Shown here: positions 8,580 to 18,686 of the stretch, piece after piece
Layout of the letters: every line of letters begins with the position of its first letter
Numbering within the stretch: the first letter of the stretch is position 1
DNA from: Gemmatimonadota bacterium
GTDB taxonomy: Bacteria; Gemmatimonadota; Gemmatimonadetes; Longimicrobiales; RSA9
Assembly (NCBI GenBank): GCA_040905425.1
Contig: JBBDRO010000018.1
Span: 25,643 to 54,990 of the forward strand
Length of the DNA: 29,348 nucleotides
Direction of reading: 5' to 3'
Program-made: the position numbers and the translations under genes
The notes under the pieces: model-generated
What the model saw: only the letters and a program-made list of their open reading frames with translations
Databases searched by the model: none
What the model was told of the DNA's origin: nothing

Positions 8580-10040
8580 TCAGTGGCCCGCGCGGCGCCA
8601 CAGGTCGGGGTGGAAGAGGAGCAGGACGGTGAAGATCTCCAGGCGGCCCACCAGCATGAGGAAGATGAGCACGCCGTGCGTGGCGGAACCCATCCAGCCG
8701 TAGTTGTCCACGGCGCCAACCAGGCCCAGGCCGGGGCCGATGTTGCCCAGCGCGGATGCCGCGGCACCGATGGAGGTGAGCAGGTCGTGGCCCAGCAGCG
8801 TCAGCACCAGCGTTCCCGCCGCGAAGAGCTGCAGGAAGAGGAGGATGAAGGCCAGGATGGTGGCCAGGTCGTCATCCCGGAGCGCGCGCCGGCCCACGCG
8901 CGTCAGGATCACGGCGCGAGGGTGGATGGCGCGCTTCAGCGACGCGGTGGCGTGGCGGAAGAAGGCGTAGACGCGCACGGTCTTCATGCCGCCCGCCGTG
9001 GAGCCGGCCATCCCCCCCACGAACATGAAGAGTAGCAGGAGGAACTGCGCCGCCGCGGGCCAGAGCTCCCAGTCGAAGCTGACAAAGCCCGTGGTGGTGC
9101 TGATGGCCACCACCTGGAAGGCGGCGTCCCGGAACACCCGCTCCACACCCAGCCCGTCGTAGGCCGGCAGGCCGAGCACGATGAGGAACACCAGCATGGT
9201 GCCGGCCACCGTGAGCACGGCGTAGAGACGCCACTCCGGATCGGCCAGGTAGCCTTTGCCACGCCCCGTCAGCGCCCGGTAGTGCAGCGTGAAGTTGATG
9301 CCGGCCAGGAACATGAAGAGGATGATGACCCATTGGATATAGGCCGAGGGATACGCGGCGATGGAGGCGTTGCGCACCGAGAAGCCGCCGGTGGAGAGCG
9401 TGGTGAAGCCGTGCGTCACGGCGGCGAACGGCTCCATGCCGCCGAGCAGGAGGAGCGCCACCTGCGCGGCCGTGAGCCCCGCGTAGACCAGCCACAGCAC
9501 CTTAGCCGTCTGCGCGATGCGGGGGGACAGCCGCTCGGGCGTGGGCCCCGGGACCTCCGCGCGGAAGAGCTGCATGCCGCCGATGCCCAGGAAGGGCAGG
9601 ATGGCAATGCCCAGCACGATGATCCCCATGCCGCCCAGCCACTGGGTCAGGGCGCGCCAGAAGAGGATGCCGTGGGGCAGCGCCTCGATGTCCCCGAAGA
9701 CCGTGGCGCCCGTGGTGGTGAAGCCGGACACCGACTCGAAGAGCGCCGCGACCGGCTGCTCGGTCACCCCCGCGAAGAGGTAGGGCAGGGCGCCGGCCGC
9801 ACCCACCGCGAGCCACGCCAGTGAGACCACCGCGTAGCCCTCGCGGATGGAGAGGTCACGGCCGATGCTCGTGGTGCGCCAGAGCAGCAGGCCTACGCCC
9901 GCGGTGATGAGGGCGGACCAGAGGAAGGCCAGGGCGTCCCCATCTCCGTAGCCCAGCGCCACGCCGCCCGAGAGCAGCAGCATGAGCGCCGTGGCGGTCA
10001 GGATGAGGCCCACCACATGGGCCAGATGGGACAGCCTCAC
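8580..10040 (-). CDS. trkH: Trk potassium uptake membrane protein
   Basis: Filter motifs ESVSGFTTTG, STGGFS, STTTGF and LGNIGPG, plus GSTAGGMK and MLVGRLE. GTGA overlap with the trkA stop. Confidence 0.95.
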   Translation of the reverse strand: MRLSHLAHVVGLILTATALMLLLSGGVALGYGDGDALAFLWSALITAGVGLLLWRTTSIGRDLSIREGYAVVSLAWLAVGAAGALPYLFAGVTEQPVAALFESVSGFTTTGATVFGDIEALPHGILFWRALTQWLGGMGIIVLGIAILPFLGIGGMQLFRAEVPGPTPERLSPRIAQTAKVLWLVYAGLTAAQVALLLLGGMEPFAAVTHGFTTLSTGGFSVRNASIAAYPSAYIQWVIILFMFLAGINFTLHYRALTGRGKGYLADPEWRLYAVLTVAGTMLVFLIVLGLPAYDGLGVERVFRDAAFQVVAISTTTGFVSFDWELWPAAAQFLLLLFMFVGGMAGSTAGGMKTVRVYAFFRHATASLKRAIHPRAVILTRVGRRALRDDDLATILAFILLFLQLFAAGTLVLTLLGHDLLTSIGAAASALGNIGPGLGLVGAVDNYGWMGSATHGVLIFLMLVGRLEIFTVLLLFHPDLWRRAGH

Positions 10041-11380
10041 GCGAAGAGCGCCTCGATCTTGGCAATGGCCTCAGGAAGGGCGAAAACCACCACGTGGTCA
10101 CCCTTCTGCACCACGTCGGTACCGCGGGGCATGATGACCTGTCCGTCCCGGACGATGGCGCCCAGCAGACCGCCTTTGGGAAACGCCACCTCCTTCAGTG
10201 GGCGGCCGAGGATCGGCGCGCCAGGCCCCACGCTGAGCTCCAGCGCCTCGGCCGGGATGCCTTTCATGGTGGCCACCGCGCGCACGTTGCCGCGGCGCAC
10301 GTAGCGCAGGATGGCGTTCACGGTGGAGAGGCGCGGGGAGACGGCGGCGTCGATGCCCACCTTGGTGACCAGCCGCATGTACTCGAAGCGGTGGATCAGG
10401 CTGATCACCTTGCGTGCCCCGGTGGTCTTGGCCAGCAGGGATGAGAGCATGTTGACCTCGTCCTGGCCGGTGTAGGCCACGAAGCCGTCGATGCCCTCCA
10501 CGCCCTCCATCTCCAGGAGCTCGAGGTTGGTGGCGTCACCGTGCAGGATGAGGGCGCGCGGCAGCTGCTCGGCCAGCTCCAGCGCCCGGCGCCGGTCCAG
10601 CTCGATGATGGTGCACTCCACGTCGTGCTCCTCCAGATGGCGCGCCAGGTGGATGGCCTCGTCGTTGCCCCCAGCGATCATGACGCGGCGCAGCTTGAAG
10701 TCCTCGTAGCCCGCCAGGGGCGGGATGGCCGGCATCTCGGCGGAGGGCGTGAGGACGAAGATCTGGTCGCCGGCCTCAATGCGGCTCTGGCCGGTGGGGA
10801 TCTCCGTGTGGCCGTCCCGGGCGATGGCCACCGTGACGTAGTTGTGGTCCACGAGCTTCCTGTCCAGCTCCAGCAGGCTGAGCCCGGCCACCGCCGCGCC
10901 CTCCTTCACGCGCAGCCCGATGAGCTGCACCTTGCCGTCCGCGAAGCGCACCAGGTCGGTGGCCGCTTCCGAATTGAGCAGCTGAAAGGTCTCCCAGGCG
11001 CACTCCCGCTCGGGGGAGACGGTGAGGTCAATGCCCAGCGCCTGGCTGGAGAGGATGCTCCCCTCCTGGTAGTACTGTGGGCTGCTGGTGCGGGCCACCT
11101 TGAAGGGGACGTTGAAGCGGGAGGCCACCAGGCAGGCCAGCACGTTCACCTCGTCCCGGCTGGTCACCGCCAGGAGCAGGGAGGCGTCCTTGATGCCCGC
11201 CTGCTCGAGGACGGGCACCGAGGCGCCGTTGCCGGTGATGGCCAGCACGTCGAGCCGCTCGGCGGCGCGCTCCGCGCGTTCCCCATTGGCGTCGATGAGG
11301 ACCACGTCGTGGCCCTCCTCCGAGAGGCGCTCGGCCAGGTGGAAGCCCACCGCGCCGGCGCCGATGACGAGAATGCGCAT
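10037..11380 (-). CDS. trkA: Trk potassium uptake NAD-binding subunit (tandem RCK domains)
   Basis: MRILVIGAGAVG Rossmann start, second RCK domain with HGDATN, 447 aa, adjacent to trkH. Confidence 0.95.
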   Translation of the reverse strand: MRILVIGAGAVGFHLAERLSEEGHDVVLIDANGERAERAAERLDVLAITGNGASVPVLEQAGIKDASLLLAVTSRDEVNVLACLVASRFNVPFKVARTSSPQYYQEGSILSSQALGIDLTVSPERECAWETFQLLNSEAATDLVRFADGKVQLIGLRVKEGAAVAGLSLLELDRKLVDHNYVTVAIARDGHTEIPTGQSRIEAGDQIFVLTPSAEMPAIPPLAGYEDFKLRRVMIAGGNDEAIHLARHLEEHDVECTIIELDRRRALELAEQLPRALILHGDATNLELLEMEGVEGIDGFVAYTGQDEVNMLSSLLAKTTGARKVISLIHRFEYMRLVTKVGIDAAVSPRLSTVNAILRYVRRGNVRAVATMKGIPAEALELSVGPGAPILGRPLKEVAFPKGGLLGAIVRDGQVIMPRGTDVVQKGDHVVVFALPEAIAKIEALFA

Positions 11381-11540
11381 GGCGGGAAGCATCGGGCCGG
11401 CGAGGGCGCGGCGCAATCCATGGCGCGTGGAGTGCGCAGGCCCAGGCCGGCGGCCCCCCGCGCGCGAAGCGGGCCCGGCGCCTACATTGTCCGGGCGGGC
11501 CTGCTGTTCCCCGGACCATGCCCAGCTCCCGGAGGTCACC

Positions 11541-13127
11541 CTGTACGAACGCGCCATCCGCCCCGCCTCCGCCCCGCTCCGGCGCGGGCGCACCGCTCCC
11601 GACCGGCTGTCCGATGGCGTCGTGCTGGCGGACGCGCGCCGGCCCCGCACCGAGGTGCGCTGCCCCTGGGACGACCGCGTGCTGGCCTCCGTGCCGCGGG
11701 GCCAGCCGGAGGACGTGACCGAGGCCGTGCGGCGCGCCCGCGTGGCCCAGGTTGCCTGGGCCGAGCTGCCGCTGGAGCGGCGCACGGAGGTCTTCACGCG
11801 CCTCCACGATGCCATCCTGGAGCGCAAGGACGAGGTCCTTGACCTGCTCCAGCTGGAGACCGGCAAGGCGCGCCGGGACGCCCTCGAGGAGTTGCTCGAC
11901 GTGGCGCTGGTGGCGCGCTACTACGCCACGAGTGCCGCGGACCACCTGGGCGCCAAGCGGCGGCGCGGCGTGGTGCCGGGGCTGACCAGCGTGCGCGAGT
12001 ACCGCCGCCCGTTCGGCGTGGTGGGCGTCATCGCGCCGTGGAACTACCCGCTCTCCCTCTCCCTCTCCGACGCCATTCCGGCGCTCATCGCCGGCAACGC
12101 CGTGGTGGTGAAGCCCGACCTGTGCACGCCGCTGTCGGCGCTGCTGGCGGGTGAGGTGCTGGCCGAGGCGGCGCTGCCCGCCGGGCTCTATGCCGTGGTG
12201 ACGGGGACGGGCGAGGAGGCCGGCGCGGCGCTGGTGCGCGCCGTGGACTACGTGGCCTTCACGGGCAGCACCGCGACCGGCCGCGAGGTGGCCGCCGCTG
12301 CGGCCGCGAGGCTGGCCGGCTGCTCACTGGAGCTGGGCGGCAAGAACCCCATGCTCGTGCTCGCGGACGCCGACGTGCCGCGCGCCGTGGACGGTGCCGT
12401 GCGCGGCTGCTTCTCCAACGCCGGCCAGCTGTGCGTCTCACTGGAGCGCATCTACGTGCACGCCACGCTGGTGGAGCGCTTCACGGAGTCCCTGGTGGCG
12501 GCCTCGCGGCGCCTCCGGCTCGGCCCCGGCCTCAACTACGAGCACGACATGGGCGCGCTCATCTCCACGGCGCACCTGGCGCGCGTGGCGGCCCATGTGG
12601 AGGAGGCCGTGGAGGCGGGCGCGCATCTGCTGGCCGGCGGCCGCGCGCGCCCCGATCTGGGCCCCACCTTCTACGAGCCCACCCTGCTGGGCAACGTCCG
12701 CCCGGGCATGCGCGTGCTGGACGAGGAGACCTTCGGGCCGGTGGCCAGCATCACCCCCTTCCACAGCGTGGACGAGGCCGTGCGGCTGGCCAACGACTCC
12801 CCCTACGGCCTGAACGCCAGCGTGTGGACGGAGGACCTGGAGTTCGGCCAGCGGGTGGCGCTCCGGCTGCGGTGTGGCACCGTGAACGTGAACGAGGCGT
12901 ACGCGGCCGCGTGGGCATCGGTAGACGCGCCCATGGGCGGCATGAACGCCTCGGGGCTGGGGCGCCGCCACGGCGCGGAGGGCATCCTGCGCTATACGCA
13001 GGCGCAGACGGTGGCCACCCAGCGGCTGCACGGCGCCCACCGCCCCCACCAGATGAGCGACGAGCGCTTCGACGCCCTCACCGCCCGCGCGCTCAAGCTC
13101 ATGCGCCGCATCCCGGGGATCCGCTGA
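11541..13127 (+). CDS. Aldehyde dehydrogenase (succinate-semialdehyde dehydrogenase-like)
   Basis: Motifs PWNYP, FTGSTATG, LELGGKNP, NAGQLCVS, EETFGPV and YGLNASV. Start uncertain: CTG 11541 behind GGAGG, or GTG 11622. Confidence 0.9.
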   Translation: MYERAIRPASAPLRRGRTAPDRLSDGVVLADARRPRTEVRCPWDDRVLASVPRGQPEDVTEAVRRARVAQVAWAELPLERRTEVFTRLHDAILERKDEVLDLLQLETGKARRDALEELLDVALVARYYATSAADHLGAKRRRGVVPGLTSVREYRRPFGVVGVIAPWNYPLSLSLSDAIPALIAGNAVVVKPDLCTPLSALLAGEVLAEAALPAGLYAVVTGTGEEAGAALVRAVDYVAFTGSTATGREVAAAAAARLAGCSLELGGKNPMLVLADADVPRAVDGAVRGCFSNAGQLCVSLERIYVHATLVERFTESLVAASRRLRLGPGLNYEHDMGALISTAHLARVAAHVEEAVEAGAHLLAGGRARPDLGPTFYEPTLLGNVRPGMRVLDEETFGPVASITPFHSVDEAVRLANDSPYGLNASVWTEDLEFGQRVALRLRCGTVNVNEAYAAAWASVDAPMGGMNASGLGRRHGAEGILRYTQAQTVATQRLHGAHRPHQMSDERFDALTARALKLMRRIPGIR

Positions 13128-14212
13128 GCGCCGTCGGCGCGCGCCACCTCCTGCTGACGGGCTACCCGGGCTTTCTGGGGGAGGCGCTCCTGCCCCGCCT
13201 GCTGCGGGCCGATCCGGACGTGGTGGCGCACTGCCTTGTGCAGGGTCGCTTCCGGGCGGAGGCGGAGCGCGCCCGCCGCGCGCTGGAGCCCGCGGCCGCC
13301 GCGCGCGTGCATCTGGTGGAGGGAGACATCACGCGGCCGGGGCTGGGGCTCACGCCCGATTCGGTACCCGAGGAGTTGAGCGCCGTCTGGCACCTGGCCG
13401 CCCTCTACGACCTCGACGCCAGCGCCGAACGCTGCCACCCCGTGAACGTGACGGGGACGGCGCACGTGCTGGGCTGGCTGGCCACGCTGCCCGGCGCGCC
13501 ACGCTTGCACTACGTGAGCACCTGCTACGTGAGTGGCACCCACACGGGCGTCTTCCGGGAGGAGGAGCTGGAGCTGGGGCAGGGATTCAAGAACGCCTAC
13601 GAGGCCAGCAAGCACGCGGCCGAGGTGCTCGTGCGCCGCGCCATGGACCATGGCCTGGCGGCCACCGTCTACCGGCCCGGCATCGTGGTGGGGGACAGCG
13701 CCACCGGCGCCACACGTAAGTACGACGGCCCCTACCACGTCATCCGCATGCTGCTGCGCCAGCCGCGCCTGGCCGTGGTGCCCGTGCCCGGCGGCATGGC
13801 GGCTGCCACCGTGAACGTGGTGCCGCGCGATTTCGTCGTCACCGCCATGGTGGCGCTGGCCGCCCGTGCCGACAGCGCGGGCCGCACGTATCACCTGGCC
13901 CATCCGGCGCCACCCAGCGCGGCCGAAATGCTCGGTATGCTGGCGCGCGCCACGGGGCGGGTGGCCGTTCCCGTGCGCGTGCCCGGGCGGCTGGCGCGGG
14001 GGCTGCTGCGCCGGAGCGCCCTGCTGCGCCGCCTGCTGCTGCCGCCCGGCCTGCTCGACTACTTCACGCACCCCGTCCGCCACGACACCACGCACGCCGC
14101 CCGCGACCTGGCGGACAGCGGCATTGCCCCGCCGGACTTTGCCGCCTACGTGGACCGCCTGGTGGCCTACGTGCGCGCGCATCCGGAGGTGGGCGCCGAG
14201 GCCATGGTGTAG
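13124..14212 (+). CDS. Extended SDR oxidoreductase (thioester-reductase/male-sterility NAD-binding domain)
   Basis: Motifs LLTGYPGFLG, VEGDIT, HLAALYD, YVSTCYVSG, YEASK and YRPGIVVG. Start inferred at the CTGA overlap with the ALDH stop. Confidence 0.88.
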   Translation: MSAVGARHLLLTGYPGFLGEALLPRLLRADPDVVAHCLVQGRFRAEAERARRALEPAAAARVHLVEGDITRPGLGLTPDSVPEELSAVWHLAALYDLDASAERCHPVNVTGTAHVLGWLATLPGAPRLHYVSTCYVSGTHTGVFREEELELGQGFKNAYEASKHAAEVLVRRAMDHGLAATVYRPGIVVGDSATGATRKYDGPYHVIRMLLRQPRLAVVPVPGGMAAATVNVVPRDFVVTAMVALAARADSAGRTYHLAHPAPPSAAEMLGMLARATGRVAVPVRVPGRLARGLLRRSALLRRLLLPPGLLDYFTHPVRHDTTHAARDLADSGIAPPDFAAYVDRLVAYVRAHPEVGAEAMV

Positions 14213-14224
14213 GGTTCAGGACGT

Positions 14225-14836
14225 CTAGGGCGCCCGCCCGCGGATCAGCAGCACCGCGCGTCCCAGCAACGGCTCCGCACTCACCTCCCGCAGCCCCGCG
14301 GCGCGCGCGTTGTCCACCGTGCGGCGGTCCCAGTGCTCGCCCCAGAGCGGTCCGGTCACGCGCGTCAGCAGCTCCGCCAGCCGGCCAAGGGCGCCGCCCG
14401 GGCGGACGTGCTCCAGCAGGAGGATGGGCCCGCCCGGCTTGAGCGTCCCCGCCATGGCCCGCAGTCCCGCCACCGGCTCGGGCACCTCACAGAACACCAG
14501 CGTGGCCACCCCCCACTCGAAGGTCCCGTCCCGGAAGGGCAGGCGCTGTGCGTCGGCCACGATGAAAGCGACGTCCCCGTTCCTCTCCCGGCGCGCCCGC
14601 TCCCGCGCCCGGCGCAGCATGCGCCACGAAACGTCGGTCATCACCACCCGCGCGCCCGGTGGATGGCACGGCAGGTTGGCGCCCGTCCCCGCGCCCACCT
14701 CCAGGCCCAGGCCGCGCTTCGGCGCGGCCTGCCACACGCGCCGCCGCCAGCCGCGCACCCAGAGCGCTTCCAGCGGGGCCATGAGGACGTCATAGACGCC
14801 GGCCACGCGCCCCCAGCCGCTCCGGTTGACCTTCAC
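14225..14836 (-). CDS. Class I SAM-dependent methyltransferase
   Basis: Motifs LEVGAGTG, DAQRLPF and LKPGG...LLEHV. Confidence 0.88.
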   Translation of the reverse strand: MKVNRSGWGRVAGVYDVLMAPLEALWVRGWRRRVWQAAPKRGLGLEVGAGTGANLPCHPPGARVVMTDVSWRMLRRARERARRERNGDVAFIVADAQRLPFRDGTFEWGVATLVFCEVPEPVAGLRAMAGTLKPGGPILLLEHVRPGGALGRLAELLTRVTGPLWGEHWDRRTVDNARAAGLREVSAEPLLGRAVLLIRGRAP

Positions 14837-14869
14837 GGGCGGGCACGATGCGTGCTGGCGGAGCCGCCC

Positions 14870-16189
14870 GTGGCCAAGCTCAAGGAACTCTGGAAGCAGG
14901 TGATGGACAGCCTCTGGCTGGTGCCGGGGCTGCTCACCGTGAGCGCCGTGGTGCTGGCGGTGCTGCTCATGCGCGTGGACAGCATGCTGGTGGGCGGCGA
15001 ACTGGCCCGCGACATGTGGTGGCTCTTCGGCGGCACGGCCCAGGGCGGCCGGGAGGTGCTCAGCGTCATTGCCGCGAGCATCATCACCGTCACCGGCGTG
15101 GTGTTCTCTATCACCATCGTGGCGTTGCAGCTGGCCTCCACCCAGCTCTCACCTCGGGTGCTGCGCAGCTTCATGGCGGACCGCCCCACCCAGGTGGTGC
15201 TGGGCGTGTTCATCGGCACCTTCACGTACGCCCTCATGGTGCTGCGTGCCGTGCGCCAGTCGGGCGACGACATCGACGGCTTCATGCCGTCCGCCTCCAT
15301 CACGGGGGCTGTGGTGCTCATGCTGGTGAGCATCGGCTTCCTCATCTTCTTCATCCATCACGTGGCGCGTTCCATCCAGGCCGGCGCGCTCGTGGACCGA
15401 GTGACGCGGGAGACGCACGAGGTGATCCGCCGCCTGTTCCGCCCGCTCGGCGAGGAGTCGGACGAGCGCCCGGCCGACGTCATCCCGCCGGAGGAGCCGG
15501 CCGTGGTAGGCGCCCGGGAGGCCGGCTACATCCTGCGCATGGACGAGCAGGACGCCGCCGCCGAAGCGGCCGGCCACGACCCGCCGCTCACCGTGCGCAT
15601 GGAGCGCAAGGTGGGGGACTTCGTCCTGCCGGGCGAGCCGCTCATGGCCGTCTGGCCCGCCGCCGCATTGGACGACGGGCTGGCCGATGGCCTGCGGGAG
15701 AACGTGGTGCTCGGAACCGAGCGCACGCCCCACCAGGACGTGGCGTACGGCATCGTGGAGCTGGTGGACATCGCGGTGAAGGCCCTCTCGCCGGGCATCA
15801 ACGACCCCAACACCGCCGTGGTGGTCATCGACCGGCTGAGCGAGCTCTACCACGCGCTCGCCCAGCGCGCCCTGGGCCCCGTTGTGCGCCGCCAGGAGGA
15901 CGGCACCGTGATGATCCTGGCGCATCCGGCTTTCGAGACCCTGCTCAACGACGGCATCGATCCCATTCGCCACTTCGGCGCGGGTACGCCGCTGGTGGCG
16001 CTCCACCTGATCGATGCGCTGAGCGGCCTGGCGGCGCGCCTGGAGGGGGAGCCGCGCGCCGCCGTGGCGCGTTGCATTGCGGACGTGGCGCGGCAGGCTG
16101 CGGCGTCGGAGGCGGACGCGGCCGACCGGGAGCGGGTGCGGCGGGCGGCGGAGGCGGCGCTGGGGGGTGCGCAGGCGGGTATGGCCTGA
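14870..16189 (+). CDS. DUF2254-domain membrane protein
   Basis: Motifs FSITIVALQLASTQLSPR and DIAVKALSPGINDP. GTG 14870 follows GGAG. Confidence 0.9.
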   Translation: MAKLKELWKQVMDSLWLVPGLLTVSAVVLAVLLMRVDSMLVGGELARDMWWLFGGTAQGGREVLSVIAASIITVTGVVFSITIVALQLASTQLSPRVLRSFMADRPTQVVLGVFIGTFTYALMVLRAVRQSGDDIDGFMPSASITGAVVLMLVSIGFLIFFIHHVARSIQAGALVDRVTRETHEVIRRLFRPLGEESDERPADVIPPEEPAVVGAREAGYILRMDEQDAAAEAAGHDPPLTVRMERKVGDFVLPGEPLMAVWPAAALDDGLADGLRENVVLGTERTPHQDVAYGIVELVDIAVKALSPGINDPNTAVVVIDRLSELYHALAQRALGPVVRRQEDGTVMILAHPAFETLLNDGIDPIRHFGAGTPLVALHLIDALSGLAARLEGEPRAAVARCIADVARQAAASEADAADRERVRRAAEAALGGAQAGMA

Positions 16190-16216
16190 GTCGGTGGCCG
16201 GCCCCATTATTTTTCC

Positions 16217-16828
16217 ATGGCTACGAAGAATCCACGGGTGGACGCCTACATTGCCAAGGCGCCGGCTTACGCCCGGCCCATCCTGGAGCGCGTCCGCGAG
16301 ATCTACCACGCCGCCTCACCCGAGCTGGTGGAGGAGATCAAGTGGGGGGTGCCCTACTACAGCCACCACGGGCTGGTGGGCGGCATGGCCGCCTTCAAGA
16401 AGCACGTCAGCCTGGGCTTCTGGAACGCCTCCGTCATGGAGGACCCCGAGGGCATCTTCGAGGAGAGCGGCGGCGGCTCGTCCATGTGCGCGGTGAAGGT
16501 CACTTCGGTGGATGATCTGCCGTCTGGCAAGGTGCTCACGGCCTACATCCGCGCATCCATGGCGCTGAACGAGGCGGGCGAGAAGCCGAAACAGGCGGCG
16601 GCGCGGAAGCGCCCGGCGCCGCAGGTGCCCGGGGACCTCAAGGCGGCCCTCGAGCGGGAGCCGGACGCCCTGGCCACCTTCCAGGGCTTCCCGCCCAGCC
16701 ACAAGCGCGAGTACGTGGAGTGGATCACCGAGGCCAAGCGCGCCGCGACACGGGAGCGGCGCATCGCGCAGGCGGTGGCGTGGATGGCGGAGGGGAAGCC
16801 CCGCAACTGGAAGTACAGGGCCGGCTGA
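16217..16828 (+). CDS. YdeI/OmpD-associated family protein (DUF1801 + OmdA)
   Basis: Motifs VDAYI, EEIKWGVP, FKKH and PSHKREYVEWITEAKR...TRERRI. Confidence 0.9.
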   Translation: MATKNPRVDAYIAKAPAYARPILERVREIYHAASPELVEEIKWGVPYYSHHGLVGGMAAFKKHVSLGFWNASVMEDPEGIFEESGGGSSMCAVKVTSVDDLPSGKVLTAYIRASMALNEAGEKPKQAAARKRPAPQVPGDLKAALEREPDALATFQGFPPSHKREYVEWITEAKRAATRERRIAQAVAWMAEGKPRNWKYRAG

Positions 16829-16838
16829 GGGCCGGGCT

Positions 16839-16871
16839 GGGGGGGGGGGGGGGGGGGCCCCCCCCCCCCCC
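16839..16871. other. G19-C14 homopolymer palindrome (terminator-position hairpin or sequencing artefact)
   Basis: 19 G directly followed by 14 C, starting about 10 bp after the ydeI-like stop. Confidence 0.6.
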
Positions 16872-16928
16872 GCCGGACAGTATCAACGGAGATGCGCAGC
16901 ACCTTCTTCCCTCCCCCCTGGAGGTTTC

Positions 16929-17426
16929 ATGCGACGTCCCCTGACCACCTGCGCGGCTCTGGCCGCCACCTGCCTCGTGGCGGCAGCGTTCCACGCCCCG
17001 GACGGCTCCGCCGTCCCCAGGAAGGGGCTGCCCATCATCATGCTCCACGGCGGCACGCTGGAGGCGCCCGTCTACATGCTGGACAATCTCACCAACATCC
17101 GGGTCCTGTCGCGCCTGCTGGCCGGGGATCCGGCCGCCGAGGCCACGCCGCCGGCAGGCCAGGTGGTGGAGATGGCCTTCTTCATCCACCCGGACTGGAG
17201 GTACTACACGCACCCCGATTCGCTCCCGAAGCTCCGGCCGGAGGAGGCCAACCGGCACGGCCGCCTGCACCTGGGCACCGACGGGACCCCGGCAGTGGTG
17301 GAGATTGGACCCTTCGTCAACTGGACGGCCGCCGCCCGGGACACCAACGGGGCGGTGGAGCGCCGCTACGCGCCGGCGGATGTTCTGGAGATCCTGCGCG
17401 GGCAGGGCGTTCCGCTCATCCCTTGA
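16929..17426 (+). CDS. Hypothetical secreted protein
   Basis: GGAGG RBS, signal-peptide-like N-terminus, host-like codon usage. Overlaps the convergent gene by 11 bp. Confidence 0.75.
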   Translation: MRRPLTTCAALAATCLVAAAFHAPDGSAVPRKGLPIIMLHGGTLEAPVYMLDNLTNIRVLSRLLAGDPAAEATPPAGQVVEMAFFIHPDWRYYTHPDSLPKLRPEEANRHGRLHLGTDGTPAVVEIGPFVNWTAAARDTNGAVERRYAPADVLEILRGQGVPLIP

Positions 17427-18642
17427 TGAGCGGCCACACCTCCACGATGGGCTCGTCGAAGGGGCCCCTCTTCCGCACGGCCATGGCGTCGTGGCCTATG
17501 TCCAGGATCCCCAGGTCGACGGGGAGCCGGATGCGCGCCAGCGGCTCGAGGTCCCGGTCCAGGATCAGCCAGGGGATGGTGTCCTGGCCCGGGCGCGGGT
17601 AGGCCCGCACCCACACGTTGCCGTCGGCGTCGGCGTCGAGCTCGGACCAGGCGGGGAGCGTGGCCCGGGCGGGGAGGGCGTCCACCAGGCGGACGCTCAG
17701 ATCGGCGAGGAGCTCGTTCCGGTTCACCTCGCGGCCGCCGGGGGTGCGGGTGACGGGCCCGGGGCGAGTCCGCCGCGCGTCGGCGGAAGCGCGGAGGCCG
17801 CTGCGCAGAAGCGCCACCTCCGCTGCCACGGCGGGAGGCGGCTCCCAGGGGAGTTCCACCCGACGCTCCGCGCCGGCCCCGTCGCGGACCCGGAAGTCGA
17901 GGGCGCCGTTCTCCCCCAGAACCACGCCGTCCGGGGTGCTCACCACCGCCCAGGTGCGGCCGTAGATAACGGGTGACGAGGTAGCCAGCGGGTCCTGCCG
18001 GAGGGACATCATTTCCATGGTTGGCGCCCATGTGCTCCAGATGGTCTCGGCGGTGGTGGCGTTCAGCAGCACATAGCGGTTGGAGTCCCGCACCTCGGTG
18101 GGAACGGGCGCGTGCCCCGCCATACCCAGCCCCCACTCCCAGACGAGCACGTGGTCGGCCCCCACCGCCCCACCGAGCATGCGGGGCACGGGGGGACCCT
18201 CCCGGGCCGGCAGGGTGAGGACCCGCTCGAAGCGGCCGTCTGCCCCGAGGAAGGTGAGCCGCTCCAGATTGCGGTCCCACGCCACCACCCCGTCCCCTCG
18301 ACGGGCCAGCTGGATGAGACCCCGGTACTCCCCGGGGCCCGCGCCGGTGCCGCCTTGCCGGGCGGTGAGCGCACCACTCGCATCCAGGAAGAGGACCTCG
18401 TTGGTGCCCATGTCGGCAATGACCAGCCGCCCGTCCACGAGTGCCGCATCCGCCAGGCGGGCCAGGGGAAGCGCCTCGTCGGCCCCCACCCGCAGGGACG
18501 GCTCCGCCGCCAGCGTCCACTCGGGGAGGTCGGTGCGCTCGTAGAGCGGCGTGTCGCCGCTGGGGGCGGAGGCGTCCACGGCGCAGGCTCCCAGCGCCAG
18601 GGCCAGGGAAGCCACGAAGCACGGCATCGGGATGCGGATCAT
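17416..18642 (-). CDS. Six-bladed beta-propeller lipoprotein
   Basis: Lipobox LALGAC, GGTGAGPGEY motif, and C-terminal DADGNVWV...WLILD...LDIGHD. Confidence 0.8.
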   Translation of the reverse strand: MIRIPMPCFVASLALALGACAVDASAPSGDTPLYERTDLPEWTLAAEPSLRVGADEALPLARLADAALVDGRLVIADMGTNEVLFLDASGALTARQGGTGAGPGEYRGLIQLARRGDGVVAWDRNLERLTFLGADGRFERVLTLPAREGPPVPRMLGGAVGADHVLVWEWGLGMAGHAPVPTEVRDSNRYVLLNATTAETIWSTWAPTMEMMSLRQDPLATSSPVIYGRTWAVVSTPDGVVLGENGALDFRVRDGAGAERRVELPWEPPPAVAAEVALLRSGLRASADARRTRPGPVTRTPGGREVNRNELLADLSVRLVDALPARATLPAWSELDADADGNVWVRAYPRPGQDTIPWLILDRDLEPLARIRLPVDLGILDIGHDAMAVRKRGPFDEPIVEVWPLIKG

Positions 18643-18686
18643 GCGGGCCGTCCGGGATCGGGGTGGACGTTGACGGGCGTCGTCGC

